This document shows, piece by piece, positions 27,401 through 42,400 of a stretch of 64,000 nt of DNA. The DNA is from Phoronis australis (lineage: Eukaryota; Animalia; Phoronida): assembly GCA_002633005.1 (NCBI GenBank), contig NMRA01000354.1:186001-250000 (forward strand), written 5' to 3'. Each line of letters opens with the position of its first letter. Position 1 is the first letter of the stretch. The notes below the pieces were generated by a model, which was not told the origin of the DNA, did not search any database, and was given only the letters and a program-made list of their open reading frames with translations. The translations under genes and the position numbers were made by a program.

Positions 27401-30400
27401 GAGGTGTAGGTCATCATATTAGCCCTGAAGTCACTCAGCTCACATGAAGAGTAAAGACACTGCATGAACTAAGCTGTATATCTCTCATCTTAACAGTGAT
27501 TCTTATGTTTGCCCACATGGGCACTTGTCCTACTCTGATCAGGTAGGGAAAGTTGTAACATCGCTGTTCGATTTGCGGGAGACAACTTTTGTCAATATCA
27601 TGACATGTGCCTGGGAACCTTATCCTTGAACTCGAAATCAATTTCAAAATTAGTTATGACATTTTCCGTTGAACTTTAATACTTACTAACTCAAGATCAA
27701 TGTCTATTCTTGCGTGCTCAAGTATTATTATGGTTCAGGCAGAGTGTTTATTTCAAGGTTGCACTTGATGAAGACTCAAGATTTCAAGCTCTGATTCAAA
27801 AACGTGTAGCTTAAATGCCAATTTAAAGTGGTTCAGATACAAGTTTCATTTCAGTCTTGCTAATATCTCCCTTCTGAAAGTCCCAGTGGTGTCGTAAATT
27901 TGATACTTAGCTCGGAAAGATGAAATGTCTAGAACCCTTGAACCTAACTAATTGCAAAAACGAGTAGATGTACATGTACCAATGTTTAGGTGCATCACTC
28001 TCTGGCAGATGTCAGAAGCTACGAGGGGAAAGGGGCAAGGCAAATTGCTTAAGGGGAAAGTAACTGTTTTTATGTAACATTTAGTAAAAATACAGATACC
28101 TGGTTTTGGTTAGGCCAAAAAAAGCAAAGCTGGTTCTGATCTATACATCCACTGGAGACATGTGCTCACCGACTAAAAAAAGTCCACTCGTATCAATTTC
28201 AGATTTTGCGGTCTTTGGAAAGCTATACAAACGTAGACAAGGGAAACCAAGGTTTGTAATGCCATAATTTGCCAGGCGATGAGTAACTTTTTAAAAAATT
28301 GCTCATCTCAGGTGAAAAAGTGAGTAACTAACAAATACTACACCACAGACACATTTTTCAAAAAAAAAACAGAATCAATTCTGCTTTTTTGACTTTATCA
28401 TGGAAATTAATTCAGCCGGTGCTCTCTCAGAAACTCAGAAGCACTGGTCTTTCAGAAAAAAACATTATTTTAATTGAAAAGCAAGCTTATCATCACAACA
28501 ACGGGTCAGGGTGCAGAACTCCCATCCATTGCAAGTGGTAAACGAGTGATTGCATTGAATCTTATCAAATGCTGGTAGAGAAAATTCAGGCCAGACATTG
28601 AAACTGAAAACAGCCCACATGACACAAGTCCATTTCCCACTGAATCACAATATTCAGGAATGTGTAGTGGTAATAAATAAATCCTGATATTTTGCCACCA
28701 CCACTTGTTGAGCAAAATACCAGTAGTATATGTCAATCAGAGCGTTTGGAGGGTGGCCCCAGTTTTATACAAAGTCGGTATTAGTTAATCAGGACTTTGC
28801 CACCAACACAGCGAACAGTACTGATCAGTCGTGAATCATCGCAAAAGGCGAAATACGTATTAATCATGAATCCATTACTTCGAGAATATGATTCTAATAC
28901 GCCACCTGGTGTTTAAATCAGAGAACTAAGGGGTGTGGTAACACCGACGTCGCCAATAAATGGGAAAGGTACATGGAGTTGTAATAAATCAGAAGTCCTC
29001 GTTACAGCGCTGTTGGGAAAACAACATCATAAATTTCACAAATGTAAAATCCTAAAAATGCCACTAGGGGCACAGTGGTAGTTGAGTCGGTCTGAAATTT
29101 GTTGTCATCTGCGAGTGGCTTAGGAGATACAGCACCACATGCCGTACACCCAGGAGATGACGACGATACGCACCCATATAGAAATGACACAGGGGATCAA
29201 AAAAGATGTTTATGGTTGAAAATGGTTAAAAGGTTATTTAATTAAACAAGCACGGACTACACAAAGGGTGACAGTTATGTACCTTATAACACAACTGCCT
29301 CATAAAGGAATTTATTGTGTTGTCTGTAGCAGGGTCTCCATTTCTCAAAATTTAAATGTACCTTATAACACAACTGCCTCATAAAGGAATTTATTGTGTT
29401 GTCTGTAGCAGGGTCTCCATTTCTCAAAATTTAAAGAGGGTGGAACCATGCTAGACCACTTAGGCTACTTCTGCACTAACAGCCAACCATAGGCTGACAA
29501 AGGGAATGTCCTGATGTGGAGGGTTTTAAGCAGACTATCTCAGGAATTTTGGTGAAATTTAGAGCTTGTTACTAACATTTTACAAAATCTTTTGGTTCAA
29601 ATGAATCGTCGCTGGAATGAGTGAAATCTGCATAATAAATTAAAGTAGTATTCATTCTGATCCAAATTTTTGCCAATGTACCAACACTGGTCAATCAATA
29701 TTCAGAGCCACTTGTCTGTAACTAAAAGGATTTTGCTGGATTTGTTAATCTACATTTCCTGTACTGTCCTTACCTTCTCTAAAAACTAGACTGAATAGTT
29801 TTGGTTTCATGGAAGATTCCACAAGGTCTAATTGTTTGCAGGTGTTTTGTACAATTGCTATCAATAACTGTGCTGGGGACTTGGTAATCGCCCCTTCACT
29901 TGAAATGAGACATAAATTTGGATGGGGAAGTGCTTCATACGAAGGAACTCCTGCCATCAAAATTAATTAGTGCAGACACCAAAAGGAGCTTCTGTACCAA
30001 ACAATGATTGTCTCAACTAAATTTAACAGAACTGTCCAGGCAAGATAAATTAAAAGAAGGTGCAAAGTCAATAACTGAAATTGAAAGAGGGCCCAGTGTC
30101 ATGCAAAATAGCTGAATCCCCAAGTTGTGTGTACCTCCTTGACCTTGAAAAACTACCTTGGTTACATAACACCCCACAGACAGGACACAAGTTTCTGTTC
30201 TCAGCATGCAGTTGTAGAATATGGGCCGCTCATCCAGTTGAGTAACTTACATGGTGTCTGTTGGGTACCGGCTGTAACCATGGCTAGAGGGCGATAAGCC
30301 TGTTCTGTTCTGCAGAGTTATGTTATAAAACCTAATTTGTATTCAAGAGGTTTTTATTCCACACTTGCACAAACATCACAGTGTTCGGAACAGACAATCT

Positions 30401-33400
30401 ATAGCTTAGTTGGCAGAGTAACAACCTGCCTACACCAAACAGTGGCACAACTTCCCAAATGACACTGCAAATGTCAACATTTCTCAAGTGTTACTTTGTT
30501 GCAGAAACCAGAGCCAAGGTAGTTCAATTGGGACAATCGCATCGCACCCCTTTACTACAAGGGTAGCCCTTCAAAATAATTTACACATTTGCAGGCATTC
30601 ATGAATTCTCAAAACAAATTCCTTGCCCTTGCGGAAACAAAATAAGAAAGCATGTGCAAGGCAAAGAATCAACTACACCAGCTTGTGTCAACATGTTGTG
30701 TTGCAAGAACAGCAAAATGTCAAGAAATTGCCATGGATTTTGCCAGCATCAACAAGGCTCGGCCAACTTTAGAACTTCAAGCCAGTGGATCTAGATAATG
30801 CGCTATCCAAAGTTGGATAAGGAATTGGAAATGGGAGGTCAAACAGATTAAGTTAAGCGTATCAGTCAGCTGATTCAGTTACATTCAATGTACCAAAGTA
30901 TAAAGATCACAAAGGGGCTTGAGTTCATCCTGCTGTTCATAATGCTTACTTGCTGATAATGTCGAGTGCATTTAATTCAGTTTAATGTTATCTATTTAGC
31001 ATCGGAGGTCCACAAGGACACAGACTGCTAAAAAAATCACAAACTGTTAACAAAACAAACTCAAACGAGGAACCGAAAAAAACTGCCATTGTGTTTATTA
31101 GGCGTCGGGTTACAGAATGTCAGTTTTGTAGATTTTGTTCAAAGCCATTTAGCACACAAAGCAGCACACTTGTGGTACAGAAATAGCCTAATTACCATTC
31201 AAGTTCGAAAGTTTTAATACTTTTAATCTCGACACCTCGCAGTTAGTGGCAACAAGATGGTTGTTGCAACTAATGATATACGATGGAAGTTGTTTTTCGG
31301 ACAATGGTGCCTCATCTAAAATGTGACAATTCCACAATTTTATTTTAAAACGATATTTTTCCTCTAGAAAAGATTAACTGTCCATAACTTTGAACAACAT
31401 CAGTTTATATTTGTTGACGACCAAATATTTAAAACTTTTGATAGAGACCACTTACCATGACAATATAACTTTAGCCAGTTTAGAGTGGAAGATAATATGA
31501 GGACCACATAACTGCAGATACATTCCCGATGCAGTTTGCTTCTCTGCCTCCCAAAGATAGCCAACAGAAAGTACACTTTTACGGAAACCGATGCCCATTT
31601 CCTTGGATGTACTCAGTCAGCGGTTAGCACCGCTGACATGAAAAATCCAGGCAGTGAGATAAAAGACAATTGATATCAACTAAATCAGAACCGATAGCAT
31701 TGATAACAAGGAGCACTTGCATTTCCCCGTCTCATAAAAGTTAAATAGATATATTAGAGTCTAATTGAGATAGATTGCTCTGTGTCAATACCTATTAAGG
31801 TTTACATCCTTTCAAAAGATTGACTTATCAGATTTAATGGGTTTTTAACAGCAATGCTGTCACAACCAAACCTGTCACATCCAAAGCTGCTTAACGTACC
31901 CTAAGTTTTCCAAATTCATAATTTATTTTGGTAAAACAAGACAGATCCCTTTCAGAGAACAATAACAATAAATCGGTAAAAGTAACCTGCTCCATACTCA
32001 AACTAAATCAATTGTTACCACCAAAATAAGCCAACAACACATCAAGAAGCTACATAAAAGTTACACAAGTCCTGTGGTCACATGTCAATGAAAAATATCC
32101 ATTTTGAAAGAAAAAAATCATCTAAGCATCCATTTTGGGTGCAACATTGGATACATTTTACTGTAAAAACATGAACAACTTAAGATGAATTGTATGATTT
32201 AAAATACTATCAGCAAAGACAGGAAAATAAATTTTGTAGTTGAGAAAAACTGTAGCTGTGTCCAGACAAACTAAACTCAGTTGCAATTCTTTGCATTGTC
32301 GCAACTTACATAGTCGCTAACATTCACACCATCAGTTAAAACTGCCTCCCGTTCAGTAATGCTAAGACCTTGCTAAAAAGCAAGACTTCGCGAGATTACA
32401 CGAGATATTGCCGTGTATTTTAAATGAGAACACGTGACTTTGACTAGGTTTTAGCAAGGTCCTAGCGTAGGTCCAAGCGTCTACTGAACGCACGCCCGTT
32501 GTAACCCTAGTTTGTAGTTTTGGTCACTAGTCATCAGTGCAACCGCTTTTCAATTTCACCCGCTAGTGCGCCATTGTTTCTAACGAGACTTGACACCAGT
32601 TATAACTTTTGCAACTGCAATGTTCACACCAAGTTACAATGGTTATAACCTCTGGCTAAACCACAGTGAGCTCACTTCACCCTTCAGCTATGTGCCTAGG
32701 CTTCCTAGTAATCATTACAAGGTGTGTATTCAAACTTGAAAGGTTCCAATATTGACAGTTTGTGTCCAAATGACACATCCATTGTCCTTGCCAGGGCATC
32801 CACATAAGTGCAAGGGCATGCACTCATGCTGCATGAAGGCTTGATAGGGTCACACAGTGGCAATGACCAAAATAGTGTCATGTATCCCACCCTGGGGCAA
32901 CAGGACTATTAATACACAGATAGCCCATCAACACTAATCCAGTTCTCACAGAAGATTATGAGAGGAGCTGAATGGATTTAATTAAATAAGTAGAATGTAC
33001 TATCTGTGAGCAATATGGACCAAGACAGTGAATACACATGTTAGGTTTATTATACCACAGAAGCAGTGAAGCAATAAATATTTACAAACAATGTCTATTT
33101 ATAAACAAGGATCCAGCCACCTTGCATGCATGGTAACTGCCCACAAATTTCACACAACCACTGCATTTCCATTTGGTACACCAAAAATTATCTGGAAAGT
33201 AAGTTAAGTAACATATTGTAACTCACTTACTTCACACGAGACTACATAGCGGATAATTTTGCTTTACCTCATTTGTGAAGGGTCGGTTTGCAGGTAAAGC
33301 CATAGCATTAACACACCTTTCTAACTGGGTTAATTAAGGTCTGAGCATTGAATAATTACTACTTAATTCATCCATTCACTGTATGGGATATCTCATGATG

Positions 33401-36400
33401 TTGCAAACAGGTGAAAGAGGAGACCTAGATGAATGTCCTGTGACCCAGATTTATTTGCTCAATACAGCATTTCACCAACAATGGGGTTCAACAATTTCAT
33501 TTTTAAACAAGATAAATTAACTTAATAGTCGTTAGCTGAGTTATGTTCACAATAACATTTCCTTAAATTTGCAAACTTGCAGTTAACAAAGCTTACAAAC
33601 TCATTTAATTTCCCACAGCCGTCAGCCACGAAGTCTTTATGTTCACTTCATTTCATACACCCTGACTATCAGAAAGATACATTTGATCTAATTTATTCGA
33701 AATTAGTGGAGAATCATTATACTGTGGAAAGAGGAAGAGTGAAAACAATGTGACTAAGGAAACAATCTGACATCATTCTGCAACTGGAGATAACGGCAAT
33801 ATCCACGTCTTTANNNNNNNNNNNNCAACTTACATAGTCGCTAACATTCACACCATCAGTTAAAACTGCCTCCCGTTCAGTAATGCTAAGACCTCGCTAA
33901 AAAGCAAGACTTCGCGAGATTACACGAGATATTGCCGTGTATTTTAAATGAGAACACGTGACTTTGACTAGGTTTTAGCAAGGTCCTAGCGTAGGTCCAA
34001 GCGTCTACTGAACGCACGCCCGTTGTAACCCTAGTTTGTAGTTTTGGTCACTAGTCATCAGTGCAACCGCTTTTCAATTTCACCCGCTAGTGCGCCATTG
34101 TTTCTAACGAGACTTGACACCAGTTATAACTTTTGCAACTGCAATGTTCACACCAAGTTACAATGGTTATAACCTCTCGCTAAACCACAGTGAGCTCACT
34201 TCACCCTTCAGCTATGTGCCTAGGCTTCCTAGTAATCATTACAAGGTGTGTATTCAAACTTGAAAGGTTCCAATATTGACAGTTTGTGTCCAAATGACAC
34301 ATCCATTGTCCTTGCCAGGGCATCCAGATTAGTGCAAGGGCATGCACTCATGCTGCATGAAGGCTTGATAGGGTCACACAGTGGCAATGACCAAAACAGT
34401 GTCATGTATCCCACCCTGGGGCAACAGGACTATTAATACACAGATAGCCCATCAACACTAATCCAGTTCTCACAGAAGATTATGAGAGGAGCTGAATGGA
34501 TTTAATTAAATAAGTAGAATGTACTATCTGTGAGCAATATGACCAAGACAGTGCATACACATGTTAGGTTTATTATACCACAGAAGCAGTGAAGCAATAA
34601 ATATTTACAAACAATGTCTATTTATAAACAAGGATCTAGCCACCTTGCATGCATGGTAACTGCCCACAAATTTCACACAACCACTGCATTTCCATTTGGT
34701 ACACCAAAAATTATCTGGAAAGTAAGTTAAGTAACATATTGTAACTCACTTACTTCACACAAGACTACATAGCGGATAATTTTGCTTTACTTCATTTGTG
34801 AAGGGTCGGTTTGCAGGTAAAGCCCTAGCATTAACACACCTTTCTAACTGGGTTAACTAAGGTCTGAGCATTGAATAATTACTACTTAATTCATCCATTC
34901 AGTGTATGGGATATCTCATGATGTTGCAAACAGGTGAAAGAGGAGACCTAGATGAGTGTCCTGTGACCCAGATTTATTTGCTCAATACAGCATTTCACCA
35001 ACAATGATGTTCAGCAATTTCATTTTTAAACAAGATAAATTAACTTAATAGTCGTTAGCTGAGTTATGTTCACAATAACATTTCCTTAAATTTGCAAACT
35101 GGCAGTTAACAATGCTTACATACTCATTTAATTTCCCACAGCCGTCAGCCACGAAGTCTTTATGTTCACTTCATTTCATACACCCTGACTATCAGAAAGA
35201 TACATTTGATCTAATTTATTTGAAATTAGTGGAGAATCCCTAAACTGTGGAAAGAGGAAGAGTGAAAACAGTGTGACTAAGGAAACAATCTGACATCATT
35301 CTGCAACTGGAGATAACGGCAATATCCACGTCTTTAAAGCTGCATTTTATCCCGCTTAGCAACAGGGCTTGACACTTAAGTTTACCGTCAACTCTACAAA
35401 TCAGGGCTTGGAATGACCAATGACAAAAAACGCGTACGGCCCAAATCATGCCCGCTAACCAGCCTTGAATTGGTCAATGTGAACCTTTCCTCGACAAAAA
35501 TCGGGAGGACTAAAAAAAAAAACGTTACCACCATCAGTAGCATGCGTCTGCGTCCTTTTAGCTCGCCCGTCCACTCCCAAACCCACACATTTTTGTTTTG
35601 GCTGCAGAGCGGAAACATAAAGAGCAACTTCCGCTTTTCGAGGTGAACGTCGTCTGCAACGCCGCGGTAAGAAAGGAATTTGCCGCGGAAATTTTATATC
35701 AAATCCGATTTTTTTTTTACGCGGAAATATTATAAAAAAAGCGGACAGCACATTTGAAAAAAGCGGAAATCCGCGTTTCCGCGGAAAATTCCAAGCCCTG
35801 ACAAATACAACCTGGTGAAAGTCCCAGGTTGAGAAAATGAGGACGCCGAAGCATGCACACATACGAAAGTTTCCTACAGATAGTGCACAGTTGGCAACAG
35901 CCGAAAATGCCAATGAAAAGGAGGTACTCAAAATTGAAATCTAGCGAGCTGACAGCAAATGTCCACCACGATGCTCAAGATCACCTGGAAGCTTTGTTTA
36001 GGCAAATGGAAAATTAGAAGTATAGCATGTGTTCAATAATGGTCAATTTCCCCTCTTTGAATCAATATCACCCAAGGGCTTACATTCTACCTGAGAGAGA
36101 AGCAGACAATCCGAGCACATTCTCTGTGCATGAGTCATAAACAGGCAATTCCAGTAGGTCACCAAATCCACCTCTGAGCTGGTTAAAATAACGATAATCA
36201 AATCATGCCTTTCATTCTCATAAAATCAATCTCACAATATTCCTTACAGTGACCAAACTTTTTGTAATATAAATATTCAAGATAAATCACAAAAATGATG
36301 ATAGAGTTTTTAAAATTATCATATTGTTTCCGTTCTATGCAACGTTAATTTTTTCATGACCATCAAACAAGTCCTATTTTTTGATATCCCCTCATGCAAA

Positions 36401-39400
36401 ACCAGAACATTTCAAAGTCAATTTCTAATGTTTGTTCAGCATTTTGAAGAACAAATTTATTAAGTGAAGTCTCTAAAAGTTTCCGGTTAATACTATCAGC
36501 CGTTCCAAAGCTGGAAAAAATGTACATTTTTCAAGGTCCTGCATAACCAAATGGTGCTTTCCCATTAGAGGCGAAACTTGGCTTTTACCGAAGTTTCGGT
36601 TAGTGGGAAAGGTTAACTGCGGTACTTAATCTGCAAGCAAAACTTAGCTGAAAATAGAAGGGTTTAAAAGTCAGGGCTTGGAATGACCAATGACAAAAAA
36701 CGCAGAAACTTTGAAACTTCTACGGCCCAAATCATGCCCGATAACCAGCCTTCAAATGGTCAATGTGAACCTTTCCCCGACAAAAATCGGGAGGACTAAC
36801 GTTACCACCATCAGTAGCATGCGTCTGCGTCCTTTTTAGCTCGCCCGTCCACTCCCGACCCACACATTTTTGGCTGCAGAGCGGTAGTATTTGTCGCCGC
36901 GCTTAACAATAACACGAGACGCCATTGAAAATCCCACCACGCTGTCCCAGATGCCCCGGCAATGTTGACAATTTACGTTCCTCCGAAACATAAAGAGCAA
37001 CTTCCGCTTTTCGAGGTGAACGTCGTCTGCTACGCCGCAGTAAGAAAGGAATTTGCCGCTGAAATTTTATATCAAATCCGATTTTTTTACGCGAAAATAT
37101 TATTAAAAAAAGCGGAAAGCACATTTGAAAAAAGCGGAAATCCGCATTTCCGCGGAAAATTCCAAGCCCTGAAAAGTACAGCTTCGGTACCCGCCAAAAC
37201 TTCGGTGTAGCTGGAAAGATCAGAGTGAAGCTTTGTCGAAGGTATCGATAGAGGTCGCGGCTGCGATCTACAATCACGCGAGACTCTAACCATAGCCGAT
37301 GTGCTCTCAATTGAATAAATAAAAGAAAGCATATCTGATGAATAATGACACTGATAATTTTCATAAACACTCGTAAATGGTAGGAAAATAATTTTAAGTT
37401 AGCCTCAAACCCACTACTCAATTTCCGTTCGTGAGTACGAATGAACTGCACCCTCTGGTGTCTACTTTGATGACTGAATCGCCATAGTGATAACTTCAAT
37501 ATCGCTGTCTCTTATAAGTACAGTAAGCGAAGTTTCCCCAATGGGAAACCAACTTTAATCCAGTCAGATGTCCTTAGTGCATTTCACATGTGAAATTTAG
37601 CAGTACACAATATAGGGAGTAAAGTGCAGCCACAAAAAATGTGTTTTCCACACTTAGAAGCCACATCAAGGTCACCAACTCAATTGAAAAACAGCACAAA
37701 GAACATAGGTCACAACACATTAGCAATGACCAAGAAGAATCAGTAACCCGGGCCCAGCAGCAAAGCAAATTGTGGAAACATGTCAATTCGATACACAGAG
37801 CACGATGTGCTGCCTTTGAAAGTATTGGGAGTCCCTTTGATAGCATTTGAGAAGACTGTCTTGAATGAGCAGCAAACAGGGTCACGCCGCACATTACACT
37901 TATTAAATTTGCTACACTTGTTTGCGTGACTTACCTGTTACCCCCCTTCATTTGTCATTCTTAGCAGCACTTCACACATGCCTGTCCCACTGTGTATGTC
38001 TCCAGCTTAAGCTCTGTGGTGGCATTACTGCCTCATTTTATTTCCACTTGAGAATGAAACAAGTATGTTTTGAAATATGTGTACCTTTTCATCAAGTCTC
38101 TTGGTCAGTTATTTCATCAATGTTCTGTTGAGTGTAGAGTTTTATTCCGAACATATGAACGAAACGGAATAAAGACTGTCATTGTGTTTAATCAATTCTA
38201 CACTCGTACTACAGGTTATATTTTTTACCCTATCTACATAAAATTTGACACTACAGGTGTTTTGTCAATAGCTAGAGGTCAAATGTTTTGGTTGAAATCA
38301 AAAGAAAGATAGTGCTGTAGAAACCGTTTTGCGAGTTTTTGTTTGAGGCGCTATAAGTCTGCTGAACCTGTAGGGACTTTTTCTGTAATTTGTTATGTTC
38401 ATAGATCTTTTCATGAGCTACCAGAACTGTTATATCTGTTTTCCTTTACGACTTGTAGTTTTTGAGTTATTCGAGATTTTCCGATGGCTCAATTGAATGA
38501 TTTCTTGATCCATATCTCCTGACGCTGTGGTAACTCAAAATGCAATGATATAAGTTTCCTTGCATTACAAAAAAGAATAACATATGTATATGAGATAGTG
38601 ACTAATAAGAAGAATAACAGCTTGACACATGTGATGCATTGTGGGTAAATATCTTAAAAAGGGAGTGGTGGTGTGTCATTTCAGGATGACCTATTTAGCA
38701 TCAGTTTGAGTGCCCACTGTGTCCCTATTACATGAGCTTGTGTGCTACTATGGAAGTCTTGTCAGACTATGTGAACACATAATCAATTAAAGAGATAGTA
38801 TCATCCTAACTACAGGTACATGACCACTAATAGATGAGTCAGGCACCAGCATCTGTTACACTTCACCCCAACAGAGGAAAAGCATGAATCCTCTATCTAA
38901 ATGAAAAGCTCTAAGAAATACAAGAAAACTGCACTACAGTAATGACTTGGAACAAGATACACTTGACATAAACCTAAATCCTTGAAATTGGTTACAAGGC
39001 TGACCAAATACTCAGAGAATGACAAAGTCCACTAAAACACAAAGTTCAAAGTGTAAAATGTCTTCATTACCCACCACACCTAATAACGCATGAACAAGTG
39101 AACCCCAGATAAAGACTATGTTTGAACAAAGAACACAAAAAATAGAAATGAACTAACCACAGGCACCAATCACAACCTCGCACCCACTATGGAACACAGC
39201 TCATAGACCAAAAACACAGCTCTGGCACCTGTGGATGAGCACGATCAACAGACACTTTGCTCCCCATCCACTTTTTCTTTCCAAAAGATGGTGTATTAGA
39301 GTATTCTTGACAGAAGAGAGTATTAATTTTGAGGAACCACATTTTGTTTTGATTATAAGCTTGCCACAGAGAAACGTTTTGATTACATTCATTCCGTCTT

Positions 39401-42400
39401 TATAGTACAACACAACTACACAAAGATGTATATGAGAGCAACACAGAGCATTGGAATGCGCCCACGACAGCACTGCAAATTATGAGCTTCAAGGGCTGTT
39501 TTTGGTATCATAAAAATGGTGATTAGATGGCGCAGAATGTGTCAAATCTATCCGAATTGAGACGGTGGCGCAGGCCTTCATGCAGCGTACGTCCTAGGCG
39601 TCCAAATGGACGCCCTAGCACTAATGAGGGCGCCCTAGGAAGGACGCCCAATGTATCACTTGGACGCCCACTATCAATAGGAACCTTTCAAGTTTGGATA
39701 CACACATTGTAATGATCACTAAGAAGCCTATGAAGACTGGCAGTGGTGGCTCTTTTTTCAAAGCAAGAAGAAATATACAATGTATATACAATGTTGCTAT
39801 GCTCACACTTGGTTGATAATATTGTAAAAGTCTTGGTCTCCACAGTTTTTTTTTTAATAAAAATGCTCACTACAGAATGTTGTTTTGTAAACTTAGATGT
39901 AGAAACCTTGGTCTATGCATTTTTTGTAAAAAAAATTTGCGTGTTTGGGGGGATTGTTGGGGGTGGGGGGTTACGCGTCGGAATCATTGACACCCTGGAA
40001 TATGGGGAACCCCATTTTGGACACCCTATTTTCAAAATCCTGGATAAAGGCCTGCGGTGGCGCCGTCTCGGTAATACACAACTATTTGCCAAATCTCACA
40101 AAAAAGCCAAAGAACTGCCAAGATATAGTGGCAAATGTAAAAAACAACTGACAATAAGGGGCACAGATATAGTCCAGTAGGTCTGAAACTCGTCGTCATC
40201 TATTGCCAACTATCTGGGAGCCCATCTGCCAAATTTCACAAAGATCCTTCAAAGGGTGAAGGAGATACAGCCATAGATGCATTAAAAACAAAAATGTCCC
40301 TAGGGAGTGCCAGAATAACCTAAATATCTGAAAATCAACATTAACCAGGGTCTTCGCATCAGGAACACAACCCGTTAATTTTCTTAATGATTCTTAAAAT
40401 GGTTTGGCAGATAGAGAGGCAGGCATCAAAAACATATGCAAAAATTTTTAAATGGCCAGGAGGTGACGCCATAGACTATAGTACATGGTCCGCCAACTCT
40501 AATATATTTTCAATGGACGAAATCTGTGATGTTACGCATAAGGCATGACGTCATTATTCACAAGCGACACCTGGCAAAATTAGCAAGTTTTACCTCCATC
40601 AAGTACGTCATCTGCTAATCGTGGCCGGCTTTTGTATGGTTGGGTGCCAAAAGAACTCACGATACCAACAGTTCTATTATAGGAAGAACAGCGTTTCAAT
40701 GCTGATTTTTTTTTTTGTTGAACTTGACAATAAAATAGATGTGAGAATTTCCCGTCACACTACATTGACCGGAAACTGAGTGGCGCCTCCTCTACGACAG
40801 TCGCAGTTGCGAATCTGTTGTCTATAATCTATGGTGGCGCAGAAAACATCAAATCTGTCCAAAAATGTGAAGGTGTTGTCGTCTCCTTAATAGAAGTCCA
40901 TTTGCCAAATTTCATGAGAATACATTAATGAACTCCAAAGATACAGAGGTAAATGTAAAAAGACATTTTGCCACTAAGGGCGCAGTGGTATTTTGATCAG
41001 TTCAACACTTGGTACTGGTTGTCGTCGGCTCCATAGGAATATGTTTTTCAAATTTCACAAAGGTTCACCAAAGGATTAAGAACGCCTGCAGACACATAGA
41101 AACAATATCGCCACTAGGAGGCAACACAGTTGTCGGGCCCATCCGAATGTCAATGCCAGTCGTGGCCTTCCCATAAAGAACACATCTGTAAATTTCCATA
41201 ATGATCCTTTAGTAGTATGGCAGATAGGGAGGCAGACGCCAGAAAACGGGTTCAAAAACAATATAAATGACCACCAGCCTGGTGGCGCAGAAAACATCAA
41301 ATCTGTCCGAAAATGGGAAGGCATTGTCGTCTCCTTTATAGAAACCTATTTGCCGAATGAAAATATATTAATGAGCTTCGAAGATACAGAGGCAAACATA
41401 GAAAACTGAAATTGCCACTCTGGTGGCACAGTGGTATTCAGACCACAGAAGTCAGACCTGTCCAAAAATCAACGTCAGTCATGGTCTTCTCATCAGGAAC
41501 ACGTCAGTAAGTTTTCATAACGATCCACTGAGTGGTATGGCAGATAGAGAGGCCGACGCCAGATAATGGACACAAAAATGGCCACAAGGTGACATTATCG
41601 CCTCCTTATTCAAAACCTATTTGCCACATTTCATGAAAATCCATCATGGAACACCGAAGACACAAAAGCAAATGTAAATAACTATAATTGCCAATAGAGG
41701 GCACAGTGGTATTCGAATCCATCCGAAACTCGTCGTCATCTGTTGTCAGCTGCGTAGGAGCACATCTGCCAAATTGTAATAAGATCCTGCAAGGGGTTAA
41801 GGAGGTACAGCAGCGGACACTGGATACCCGGACACACAGCCAAAGATGCACCCACATATAAATATATAGGCATATAAAAAGAATAAAACCTAATCTGGAA
41901 CATAAGTGTATATGTTGTGCAGGTGTCGTGTTTGCAGTTCATGAGCCGAGTTTGTTCAAGGAAGTGAGTCCATGAACAGTGGTTTTAGGCGCGTTCGCCA
42001 TGTTTTGTGAGTCCAGGCATAAGCTTACCCGCCAATGAACCATGTTTATAAATGAGCAACTATGGCCGTCCATGATTGGTGTCGTCTGGGTAACCTGTCC
42101 AGTGGCCACTTTATTGTTACAACACTGTTAATGAACTTATTCTAATTGACCAGTATTCCGTAACACAAAGTACGCTAATCAGATATATTCTTTTAAAATG
42201 AAAACTAAGAATGCATTTAAACCATCGTACAGCACACAAAAAAGTATATAGATGTGAAGTTGCATCATAAATGTACATACTGAGGTAGAAAGCTAGCTAG
42301 CTGTATGAAGACTATCGTCAACATACAGCTAGGTAGCCATGTGTAGACTGCTCCTTCGGACAATGAAATTTCACACAACCCAAGTGCTCAGCTTGTCACC

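Larger units (their letters stand above)
32302..35336. repeat. Near-identical 1.5-kb direct duplication (32302..33813, 33826..35336) split by a 12-N gap
   Basis: Colinear copies with scattered SNPs and indels; the junction is the gap itself. Confidence 0.95.
39434..41880 (-). mobile_element. Second, older HINE-like copy with internal degenerate tandem repeats and two nested DNA transposons
   Basis: Both ends match the 3531..4478 element in reverse (atgcgcccac 39456, atgcacccaca 41846); repeated atttgccaaatttca blocks; ggtggcgcagaaaacatcaaatctgtcc recurs at 40833 and 41281. Confidence 0.75.

Noticed and set aside
36903-37499. 198-aa ORF, and similar ORFs at 35455..35931 and 4367..4921
   Set aside because: Chance ORFs across MITE A; frames are not conserved between copies and there are no transposase motifs.
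37641-37850. Zinc-finger-like fragments (FSTLRSHIK, SKLWKHVNSIH)
   Set aside because: The cysteine pairs are missing and there is no splice support; at most a TE remnant.
39743-40180. 145-aa ORF with a look-alike at 63640..63930
   Set aside because: Both lie in MITE B copies and the frames differ between them.
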